This document shows positions 26,544-34,262 of a DNA stretch of 64,000 bases, piece by piece. Under the pieces are notes generated by a model. It did not search any database. It was not told the DNA's origin and was given only the letters and a program-made list of their open reading frames with translations. The translations under genes were made by a program, and so were the position numbers. This DNA is from Myxococcota bacterium (lineage in GTDB: Bacteria > Myxococcota_A > UBA796 > SXON01). The stretch's first letter is position 1. Every line of letters starts with the position of its first letter. The stretch spans positions 19,817 through 83,816 of the forward strand of contig JAZKFH010000055.1 in NCBI GenBank assembly GCA_040386535.1, in the 5' to 3' direction.

Positions 26544-28936
26544 TACGCGGCACCTCCGTCGCGACGACCGAGGGGCACGATACCTGCTCCTCGGCCGACG
26601 TCGAGCACACGGTAGCCCTCCCAGGTACGGAGAAAGATTGCGCGGGGCGCCTGCCGGTCGGTCCAGAGGGGGGTGAGGGTGAGCGGGGCCTTTTGGAGGG
26701 CCCGTTCGATGGGATCCTTGGCGATGCCGGGGGCAACGGCCAGCGCCTCCCCGGCGCGCAGGCCGCCGACGGGATCCCCATTCTCGTCCCGGGCGGCGAC
26801 GGGGGCCGCGAGCGCGGCGGCGGCCCGACCCAGGAAGTCGGCGATCGCCCGACCGGCGGCTGTCTGGGCGGGCTCGTCGGCGAGCAGGCTGCGGGTGCCG
26901 AGGGAGCGGACCTGTTCGCGGCTCGCGCCGTCGATGGGGACGGCGTCGCCGCAGGGCACGTCGGGCTCCCCGTTGTCCGGCGGCCACGCCGCGGCCAGGA
27001 GGCGGGAGGCCCACACGTCCGGATCGCTCGCCTCGCGGCAGCGGCCGACCCACTGACTCACGTAGTGGGACGGGAGCAGCGGGCCGTGCAAGAGGTCGGG
27101 CTCGCCGACGAGGCCGCCGAGATCGTCCAGGGCGGCGTCCGCGGCGGGGGGGACGCCCATGGCGACAAGAGCCTGGCGCGCGCGGTCGCGGGCGCTGGCG
27201 ATGGTGAGCTGCATGGCGGTGACGCGGGCCAGGGCGCCTTCGACGGCCAGCAGCGCGGCGCGACGGACCCGGTGGCGACGGAGCTCCAGCTGGTCGTCCG
27301 CTTGCCGGGACGTGCGGCCGCCGCCGCCCTTGCTCCAGATCGCGCGCAGCGCTTGGGTCCGCGCGGTCAGGAGCTCGCGGACCCTTTGGCGGGCGAGATT
27401 TCCGGCGAGCCAGCCCCAGCCGATGGCGACGAGCAGGCCGATGGCGGCGCCGGCGGCCCACGGGAGGAGGTCTTGCCACGGGAACGGTGCCATCGCAGCA
27501 GCTGCGGTCACGACAGGCGCGACCATCGTGGGGGAGGGCATGACGGGCGCGCCCGCGGCGGAGGTCGTAGCGTGGCCGAGCCCGGCGATGACCACCGTTG
27601 CCAGCCCGCCCACCGCGATCCCCACTGCGGCCGCGCCCGTCCGAACGAGCCCCGGGGCCGGCAGCGCTGCGACAGCGGCCTCGAGCTCGACCCGGTGCGG
27701 ATCCGGCGGCGGTCCGTCGGGCCCCGCGCCGAGGAGGCCCACGCGAGTCTGCTGGTCGCGGAGCTGCGCGGCGACCTGCTTCAGGCCGAGCTCGATCTCC
27801 AGCAGCGGCTTCAGCGACTCGCGGCGCAGATGCCCGCCGAACAAGCCCGCGATACGACCATGGATCCCGCGCACGAGCTGCGCCTCCTCGTTGTCGAGGT
27901 GGCGGAGGAGTGCCTCCAGCTGGCCCTGGTCGACGCCCGTGAGCGTGCGGTCCTGGGTGGCAGGCGCGAAGAGGACCGCGTACCGTTCACGGATCCGCGC
28001 GCCCTCCTCGAACGCGCCCACCCGTACTCTGTCCGGCAACCCCGACGCTGCCCCTGCGAGCGTCGCGGCGAGCTGGCGGCAGCGCTGGGCGGCCTCGGAG
28101 GTGTCCTCGAACGGGCGCACCCACTCCACATGCTCGAGGCTCCGCACCGCGGCGAGTCCTTCGGCGGGATCGGTCACCGGGCGGGCTTGCACGCGCGCGA
28201 CCAGCGTGGAGAGCGCATCGTAGGCGGCGCGCTGCACGGCATAGTCGCGGATCCGGGCCTCGGGAACATCCAGAGACGCGACCGAGAAGAACGCCACCTT
28301 CGGCTCCCCGGCGGGGAGGTGGGCGAGACGGCGGCTCACCGGGTCGCTCTGGCGCAGCCCCGATCCCACCAGCGCGACGGCGAAGGAGGCACAACTCGCG
28401 AGCACCACGCTCGCGGCGAGCGGCCCGGCGAGGGTCATTTGCGAGAGCAGCCAGATCCGCGCCAGGAGTGGCGGCGCGGACCCGCTCTCCACCCACCGCT
28501 CGAGCTTGTAAACGCGGTCGAGGGCGCGGCGGGCCACGTCAGTATCGCCGAGCGGAGGTAGGACGAGCACGACGTGGAGCGCGGCGTTGCGCTGCTCGGG
28601 GGGCCGCGACAGGTCGAACATGACCCGGTAACGGTCGTGAACCACCCGCGTGATCTGCTCGGCGAGCACCACCAGATCGTCGTCACCGCCCGCGAGGACG
28701 TGTTGGAACGCGAGCAGATCGAGCCGTCGCTCCGACTGCTCAGTGGCGAACCTACCGGCCTGGAGGAGCTCCTTCAGGACAGGCCCCAGCCGCTCGCCGG
28801 CCTCGCCCGCGACGGGCGTCGCCACACGGCAGATCAGCTCGTCTTCGCCCGAGAGAGACGACTCGATCCGCTGCAGCACGCTCCCGCCGAACGCGCCCAC
28901 TCCCACGAGAACGGTGGGGTTGCTCATGACCGGCAC
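26543..28936 (-). CDS. Degenerate tubulin/FtsZ-like paralog with transmembrane helices (797 aa)
   Basis: The N-terminus 'NPTVLVGVGAFGGSVLQRI' mirrors the T1/G-box of the upstream tubulin-like protein ('PTLFVGLGGNGGKIVNLL'). The position equivalent to the GGTGSG loop reads 'HVVLVLPPLGDTDVA'. TM helices: 'AAAVGIAVGGLATVVIAGLG' and 'LLPWAAGAAIGLLVAIGWGWLAG'. GTG-28936 overlaps the upstream stop by 1 nt (alternative ATG-28927). The fold assignment is tentative. Confidence 0.65.
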   Translation of the reverse strand: MPVMSNPTVLVGVGAFGGSVLQRIESSLSGEDELICRVATPVAGEAGERLGPVLKELLQAGRFATEQSERRLDLLAFQHVLAGGDDDLVVLAEQITRVVHDRYRVMFDLSRPPEQRNAALHVVLVLPPLGDTDVARRALDRVYKLERWVESGSAPPLLARIWLLSQMTLAGPLAASVVLASCASFAVALVGSGLRQSDPVSRRLAHLPAGEPKVAFFSVASLDVPEARIRDYAVQRAAYDALSTLVARVQARPVTDPAEGLAAVRSLEHVEWVRPFEDTSEAAQRCRQLAATLAGAASGLPDRVRVGAFEEGARIRERYAVLFAPATQDRTLTGVDQGQLEALLRHLDNEEAQLVRGIHGRIAGLFGGHLRRESLKPLLEIELGLKQVAAQLRDQQTRVGLLGAGPDGPPPDPHRVELEAAVAALPAPGLVRTGAAAVGIAVGGLATVVIAGLGHATTSAAGAPVMPSPTMVAPVVTAAAAMAPFPWQDLLPWAAGAAIGLLVAIGWGWLAGNLARQRVRELLTARTQALRAIWSKGGGGRTSRQADDQLELRRHRVRRAALLAVEGALARVTAMQLTIASARDRARQALVAMGVPPAADAALDDLGGLVGEPDLLHGPLLPSHYVSQWVGRCREASDPDVWASRLLAAAWPPDNGEPDVPCGDAVPIDGASREQVRSLGTRSLLADEPAQTAAGRAIADFLGRAAAALAAPVAARDENGDPVGGLRAGEALAVAPGIAKDPIERALQKAPLTLTPLWTDRQAPRAIFLRTWEGYRVLDVGRGAGIVPLGRRDGGAA

Positions 28937-31900
28937 TAGCCGCTCACCTCGGCGTCGAGGCCGCGAGCGGCCTCCCGCTCTTCTTCGATGAAGCGGACCT
29001 CAGCATCCCGGCCCTCGGCGTTCGCCTTGCCGTAGGCCCGCTTCAGGCGCTCCTGCAGAGCGCCGAGCTCGGCGCGCAGCCGGCCGCGGCCGCCGGTGTC
29101 GACGCGGAGCTGGCCCCATTGCCGGACGGCGTCCTCCTCGATGTCGGTGCGGAGCCCGGGCTTCAGCGCCTCGTAGCCCTGGAATGCCACGGCGCGCTCC
29201 TTGCCGAGGGTGCCCCGGGCACCCGACGACGACCAGGAGAGGACGCCGTCCTCCTCGAGGATACCACCGAAGAGGTTCACCAGGGTGAACGCCCGTACCC
29301 GGCGGGCACGCTCGTCTCGCTGCCGGCGCACCTCGTCCTCCTGCACGCGCCGCTCCTCGGCCCGCCGGATCTCCAGCGGATCGAGGTCGGGCAGCCCGGG
29401 CTCGGACTCCCACGCGGCCTCGATGTGGAGGGGGTAGGAGCGGGTCTTGTCATCGCGGACCTTGCGGTAGGCCGGGTACAGGACCGAGGCCACGTTCTTG
29501 AACCAGTAGACCGGCACGCCGAGCTGCGCACGGTACAGGACCAGCGAGTCGCGCTCCTCCCAGTCCGGCAGGAGCTGCACTCCGCTCGCGACGCGGCGGA
29601 GGATGCTGCCGAGCGCCCCGGCCTCGTCCGTCGCGAAGCGGGAATGCAGGCCCGCTAGGAACACGTCCGCGGGGCGCACGGTGGTATCGCCGCGCTTGCT
29701 GTGGTCCATCTGCGCGAGCAGCACGCAGTCGTCGGTGACGCGCTTCAGGCGGTCCTCGAGGCCGCGCTCGACGCGGCGGGCGTCCACGGCGGCGATCGTG
29801 TCGTCGAGCTTGCCTTCGCGTCGCAATGCGTCGAAGTCGACGCCGTCGTCCAGGCACGCAATGTAGCGCTGCTCGAGCTCAAGGGCGGAGCCGAGATCCA
29901 GGTTCATCGACTCCAGGGCGCGGGCGTAGACGTCGTTCGCCTGGGCGCCGAGGCGGTCCTTCACGACCGCCACGATCTCGCTCGCGTCGCGCTCCCGGAG
30001 ACGGCCGTCCGCGTCACGTGCCGGGGCGAACGCGGTCGTCACCTCCGCGAAGATCTTCTTCGTGTCGAAGAGCGAGGCACGGTCGAGGCGGTGGGCGTAG
30101 AACACGTTCCAGAGCCGCTCGCGGCGCCGGTCGTCGCGGAGGGCCTCCGCGTCGAGGTAGTACTGGGCGACGTCGGAGGTGGGATCGGCCCCCGGGTCCT
30201 TGCGAAAGCGCTCGGTCGCAGCCTCGGTTTCCCGGGCCGTGAATTCGGCCACTTGGGAGACGTTCCGGAACGCCGAGAGCAGCGTGCCGCCGACCTCGCG
30301 CAGCTTGCCCTCGAAGGTCCGCCAGAACGTCCGCTTCAGGTCTTCGCGGTGCTCCTGGGCGAGGTCCTGGTAGAAGCCGATCGCGCGCTGCTTTGCGGCG
30401 CGGAACGCGGCGTTCTCACGGTCGACGATCTTGGTGAAGAAGCCAGGGTTCGCGTGGGTGGCGAGGTCCGTCTGGAGCCTGGCCTTCTCGTCCTGCACGC
30501 CCTGCCCGTCGATGTCCCGCCTGCCGCCCGCCTCCTGCTTGAGGAAGCCCTCCTCCTCGTCCTCGGTCGGCGCGATGAAGGCCTCGCGCAGGAGCTGGAT
30601 GAGGAAGTAGCGCTGGGCGATCGGGTTCACCTCCATGTCGTTGAAGAAGCCCCCGAACGTGCGGCCGTTCGTGAGGTCGGCCACCTGTGCCTCGAGGTAG
30701 CCGCGAACCTTCGTCTGCGACTCGGCGAAGTCCTTGCGGAGGTTCGCGATCGGCCGCTCGATCGAGGGGTTCCCCGGGCTGATCATCTGCGGCTCGATGT
30801 CGTTCACGGCGATGAGCTCCGTGAGCCGCTCGTAGATCTGGGCGAGCTTCGCCCGGAACGCGACGGGGATGCTCCGCGCGTCCTTGGCCGTCTGCGCCTG
30901 GATCGCCGAGAAGACGCCCTTGATGTTGGAGCGCTCCTCGTCCTGGGCGCGCCACGCGACGTAGGCCAGGAACTTGTCGTCGATCTGGCGGTCCTTGACC
31001 GCGCGATCCTGCTGTTCGAAGGCGGGGTCCCCATAGTTGACGCGGAACGCCGGATCGTCCCCGCCGAAGCACAGGTAGTCGCGGAAGGCCCGCGCGACGT
31101 AGCGCAGGCTCGCGTACTTCACGATGTCGCGACGCGGCAGGTGGAGGATCGCCGTGCCAAACGCCGCGTAGTGCACGGAGAAGTGCCCGTTGGCGAGCTT
31201 CTTCTGGTGCTTGTCGTAATTGTCATACTCGCCGGCCTGGGCCCCGAGGAGCGGCGAGAAGATCTGCAGGAACGAGGCGTCGGCGACGGCGTGCTCGTAG
31301 CGCTCGATGGATACGCGATCGGGGCGGTCGACGATGTAGGTGAGGCTGAAGGGGCGATCCTTCACCATGCGGTGTTCGGGCTTGCCCGGGTCGTAGTGGA
31401 ATTCGATCTCCTCCTGGCCGCCCTCGTAGCCGAGCTGGCGGGTGAGGTATTCCAGCTCTTTGAGGGCCGCGTAGCCGTTCGCCATGATGTCGGCCTGGAG
31501 CTCGGGCTTCACCTTGTCGAGGAACGTGGTCGGCATCGACAGCACGCCCACCACGTTCGGGCGGCCCCAGCCGTTGTCGAGCACGACATCACGAAGCAGG
31601 TACGCCATCGGGATGAAGCCGCCCGAGCCGGTGCCACCCGCGATGGAGGCGTAGAGGACGACCTGCACCACGCGGTCGGCGTTGTCGCGCCAGGGGTTGT
31701 CTCGGCGGGTCGCCTCGTCGAGCACCTCGGCGAGCTTCTTGCGGATGCGGGCGCGGTTGTCGTCTTCGAGGTTGTAGTACAGGCCGAGGCGGCTCTCGAT
31801 GCGGATCTGGCCGGCGCCGGCTCCCTGGGCCCCGCGGAACTTGTAGTTCTGGGGGATCCACTGGGTGACCATCGTGTCCTCACGCTCCTCCAGCTCGCCG

Positions 31901-32151
31901 CGCTTGCGGGCCACGAAGGCCTGGCGATCGAACGCGGAGACCAGGAAACGGTTCTCGCCCGGGACGTTCCGCTGCTTGTCGAGGTCGTCCTTGTTCGTGT
32001 CGATCGCGATGAAGTGGGTCATCGCGGAGATGCGGTCCCAATTCGGGTGGCGACGGAGCTTGCCGGCGAGGAGGTTGACGATCTTCCCCCCGTTCCCGCC
32101 GAGCCCGACGAACAGCGTCGGCTTGAACTTGTCCTTGGCGATAATTCCCAT
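28936..32151 (-). CDS. Tubulin-like GTPase (divergent tubulin/FtsZ superfamily, Tubulin_2/FtsZl-like) with a ~800-aa C-terminal extension
   Basis: ATG-32151 is preceded by GAGGGG. 'FVGLGGNGGKIV' is a T1 loop, and 'VVLYASIAGGTGSGGFIPMAY' carries the tubulin signature GGTGSG (nt 31618-31638, checked on the DNA). Total length is 1071 aa. The 5' 39 codons of ORF 28936-32268 were discarded. Confidence 0.85.
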   Translation of the reverse strand: MGIIAKDKFKPTLFVGLGGNGGKIVNLLAGKLRRHPNWDRISAMTHFIAIDTNKDDLDKQRNVPGENRFLVSAFDRQAFVARKRGELEEREDTMVTQWIPQNYKFRGAQGAGAGQIRIESRLGLYYNLEDDNRARIRKKLAEVLDEATRRDNPWRDNADRVVQVVLYASIAGGTGSGGFIPMAYLLRDVVLDNGWGRPNVVGVLSMPTTFLDKVKPELQADIMANGYAALKELEYLTRQLGYEGGQEEIEFHYDPGKPEHRMVKDRPFSLTYIVDRPDRVSIERYEHAVADASFLQIFSPLLGAQAGEYDNYDKHQKKLANGHFSVHYAAFGTAILHLPRRDIVKYASLRYVARAFRDYLCFGGDDPAFRVNYGDPAFEQQDRAVKDRQIDDKFLAYVAWRAQDEERSNIKGVFSAIQAQTAKDARSIPVAFRAKLAQIYERLTELIAVNDIEPQMISPGNPSIERPIANLRKDFAESQTKVRGYLEAQVADLTNGRTFGGFFNDMEVNPIAQRYFLIQLLREAFIAPTEDEEEGFLKQEAGGRRDIDGQGVQDEKARLQTDLATHANPGFFTKIVDRENAAFRAAKQRAIGFYQDLAQEHREDLKRTFWRTFEGKLREVGGTLLSAFRNVSQVAEFTARETEAATERFRKDPGADPTSDVAQYYLDAEALRDDRRRERLWNVFYAHRLDRASLFDTKKIFAEVTTAFAPARDADGRLRERDASEIVAVVKDRLGAQANDVYARALESMNLDLGSALELEQRYIACLDDGVDFDALRREGKLDDTIAAVDARRVERGLEDRLKRVTDDCVLLAQMDHSKRGDTTVRPADVFLAGLHSRFATDEAGALGSILRRVASGVQLLPDWEERDSLVLYRAQLGVPVYWFKNVASVLYPAYRKVRDDKTRSYPLHIEAAWESEPGLPDLDPLEIRRAEERRVQEDEVRRQRDERARRVRAFTLVNLFGGILEEDGVLSWSSSGARGTLGKERAVAFQGYEALKPGLRTDIEEDAVRQWGQLRVDTGGRGRLRAELGALQERLKRAYGKANAEGRDAEVRFIEEEREAARGLDAEVSG

Positions 32152-32177
32152 CTGCCGCCCCTCTACTCGAAATACGA

Positions 32178-34262
32178 TTAGTCGAATCTCACGTGGAGAT
32201 TGCCGACGCGGTATACCACGCCGGGTGTGTAGCCCAGGGAGAGCTCGCCCGTCTCGACCGGCTCCCATTTGGCGGTCCGGCGATTCTTCTTCTCCAGGCC
32301 GTTCGTCTTCTTGAACCGGGTGCTCCCGCCCGCGCCGGCCTCGAGCACGAGGATCGCGAGCCCGGGCTTGCGGAGGAAGTCGCCGTCCGCGGAGAGGCAG
32401 GCACGGCCGTCGCGGTAAAAGCCTCGCCGCCCGCCCGGCTGTTCGCGGAGGACCAGCGCTGTGCCACGCTTCAAGCCGGCTTCACTCCCGGCGATTCGAA
32501 CGGTGGCGGCGGGGTCGAAATCATGGGGCCGCAGGAAACCCACGACGAGCCACAGCCCGGTGAACGTGCCGACGGTGCCCGCGATCCACGGCCACCAGCA
32601 GCGGAAAAAACCAGTGGCGTCGATGGCGAAGGAGACGGGGACGCGCACCGCGCCGGGCGCGTAGTGGGGGTTCGCCCCGACGAGCGTGACGGACGGGGCC
32701 CCGGTAGAGGATGCGGCGTCGCAACAGCCTGGTGCCTCGACGCACACCTCCCACCGCTGGGGCTGGCCACGATTGGCCCCGACCGTGGCCTCCGAGCCGG
32801 CGACAGGCGTGCACGTCGCCACCAAGGGGCCCTCGCCCTGGCCTTCGAACCCTGCCGGCGTGCAGGTGATCGGCACCCGATCGGCGTTCTTCGACCCCGA
32901 TAGATCCAGCGTGGCGCAGCGCCGGGTGCCCCCCCGTTCGCCTCTCCACTGGCCGAGGTCGATGGGGTTGGGGTTGACGGCGAGGGTGAGGTCGAGGAAC
33001 CCCTCCACGGTCACGGGCCGGCGGGCCGACAGATCGAGCCATGTGTTGGTGAAGCGGACCTGGGCTTGCACCGGGCGTCCGTCCACGGAGGGGCCGGTAG
33101 GCGACCAAGCGCCGCGGAAGTGACCGTCGCCGCTGTGGGTGAGGAGGACCTCCTGCCCGTCGACCTCCAACACCGCGCGGAACCCGTCGGCGGCAAAGAA
33201 CGCGGCGTCATCGAAGGTCTGCCCTCGGAAGAGCAGCTCGGCCTCGATCGGCACGGTGTCGCCGACCTGGGCGCGCGGCGGGATGACGAGGGAGGGGACG
33301 AGGTCGTAGCGGAGGATGACGCCGTACTCCACGTCGCCGGGGGCGGCCGGCACGGAGAGCGTCCACTGGCTCGGAACGGTCGGGTCGTTCGGCGCGCGGA
33401 AGACGACGTAGTGGCGGCGCGGATCGTCGCAGATCTTCGGAGCGTTCGCCAGCGCCACGTCACGCGGACAGCCGTTGTCGCCGGACGCCTGCACCGGCAC
33501 GCTCCCCTTAGGCCCGGCGAGCGCCGCGGTGTAGGCGGGACCGGGCTCCGTGGAGGCGGTCATCGCGAGCACCTCGACCACGAAGCGGGGCACCGCGAAG
33601 GTCTTCGAGCCACCGCTCGCGAGGGTGCCGACCTCAGGGCGGGAGCCGAGCGCCCGCGCGTAGCCGTTGGTGAACGCGCGCAGCACCTGGTTCGCGTCGT
33701 TCATGAAGGTCAGCGCGTCGGGCGTGCGCGCCATCGGCCGCAGGAAGATCTCGCCCTGGGCGCGCGCGTCGTCGCTGCCGAACAGGCCGAGGATCACGGT
33801 GTCGAGCGCGTCGTTCGTCTCCAGCCCGGCGATCCGCGGCGACTCGTCAGGCTGCACGTCGCTCGGAGCGCCGTCCGTGAAGAAGAGGAGGAGCTTCTTC
33901 TCGCGGTCGGAGGCTTCGAGGCGGCGTCGGGCCTCCTCGAGCGGGCGGCGAAAGAACGTGCCGCCGCTGTAGGGGAGGGCGCGGATGGCGGCGGCGTCGG
34001 TGACGACGGGCGGCGCCGCCTTTTCGTCGACGCCGAAGCCGATGACGGTGACCCGATCGGTCGAGCCGCGCGCGAGTCCCTCGACGACGAGGGTGCCGAG
34101 GACCGCGGCGCGCTCGGGGTCGTTGGGGGGAAGCACTTGGTTCGTACCGTCGACACGGGCGCCGGCCGCCATCGAGCACGAGGTGTCGAGGACGAGCGCC
34201 ATCTCGACGCCGGGCGAGGCGTGGGCGGGGCCCGCGAGTAGCGCGAGAAGGGACGGAATCAT
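32178..34262 (-). CDS. Exported von Willebrand factor A (vWA) protein with a C-terminal TM helix and a conserved cytoplasmic tail module
   Basis: ATG-34262 overlaps the upstream stop (ATGA). Signal peptide 'MIPSLLALLAGPAHASPG'. MIDAS 'MALVLDTSCSM'. TM 'WIAGTVGTFTGLWLVVGFL'. The tail 'RPHDFDPAATVRIAGSEAGLKRGTALVLREQPGGRRGFYRDGRACLSADGDF' is paralogous to the tail of the upstream gene. The 5' 153 codons of ORF 32178-34721 are junk. Confidence 0.8.
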   Translation of the reverse strand: MIPSLLALLAGPAHASPGVEMALVLDTSCSMAAGARVDGTNQVLPPNDPERAAVLGTLVVEGLARGSTDRVTVIGFGVDEKAAPPVVTDAAAIRALPYSGGTFFRRPLEEARRRLEASDREKKLLLFFTDGAPSDVQPDESPRIAGLETNDALDTVILGLFGSDDARAQGEIFLRPMARTPDALTFMNDANQVLRAFTNGYARALGSRPEVGTLASGGSKTFAVPRFVVEVLAMTASTEPGPAYTAALAGPKGSVPVQASGDNGCPRDVALANAPKICDDPRRHYVVFRAPNDPTVPSQWTLSVPAAPGDVEYGVILRYDLVPSLVIPPRAQVGDTVPIEAELLFRGQTFDDAAFFAADGFRAVLEVDGQEVLLTHSGDGHFRGAWSPTGPSVDGRPVQAQVRFTNTWLDLSARRPVTVEGFLDLTLAVNPNPIDLGQWRGERGGTRRCATLDLSGSKNADRVPITCTPAGFEGQGEGPLVATCTPVAGSEATVGANRGQPQRWEVCVEAPGCCDAASSTGAPSVTLVGANPHYAPGAVRVPVSFAIDATGFFRCWWPWIAGTVGTFTGLWLVVGFLRPHDFDPAATVRIAGSEAGLKRGTALVLREQPGGRRGFYRDGRACLSADGDFLRKPGLAILVLEAGAGGSTRFKKTNGLEKKNRRTAKWEPVETGELSLGYTPGVVYRVGNLHVRFD

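Noticed and set aside
23157-26615. 1152-aa plus-strand ORF antisense to the kinase-SBP and DUF1998 genes
   Set aside because: The composition is extreme in Arg/Gly/Asp/Glu and no domain is recognisable. The opposite strand encodes clear kinase, SBP_bac_3 and DUF1998 motifs.
26544-27479. 5' 312 codons of the 1240-aa ORF 23757-27479
   Set aside because: The sequence is Arg/Pro-rich junk ('MARPPPVGRRRRHRPARRHR...') that completely overlaps the 26543-28936 gene in another frame. The real start is ATG-26543, which overlaps the upstream stop.
29701-32181. 826-aa plus-strand ORF antisense to the tubulin-like gene
   Set aside because: It is a shadow ORF with non-protein-like composition ('VVGDALQAVLEAALDAAGVHGGDRVVE...'). 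The minus strand carries the GGTGSGG tubulin signature and an SD-like GAGGGG before its ATG.
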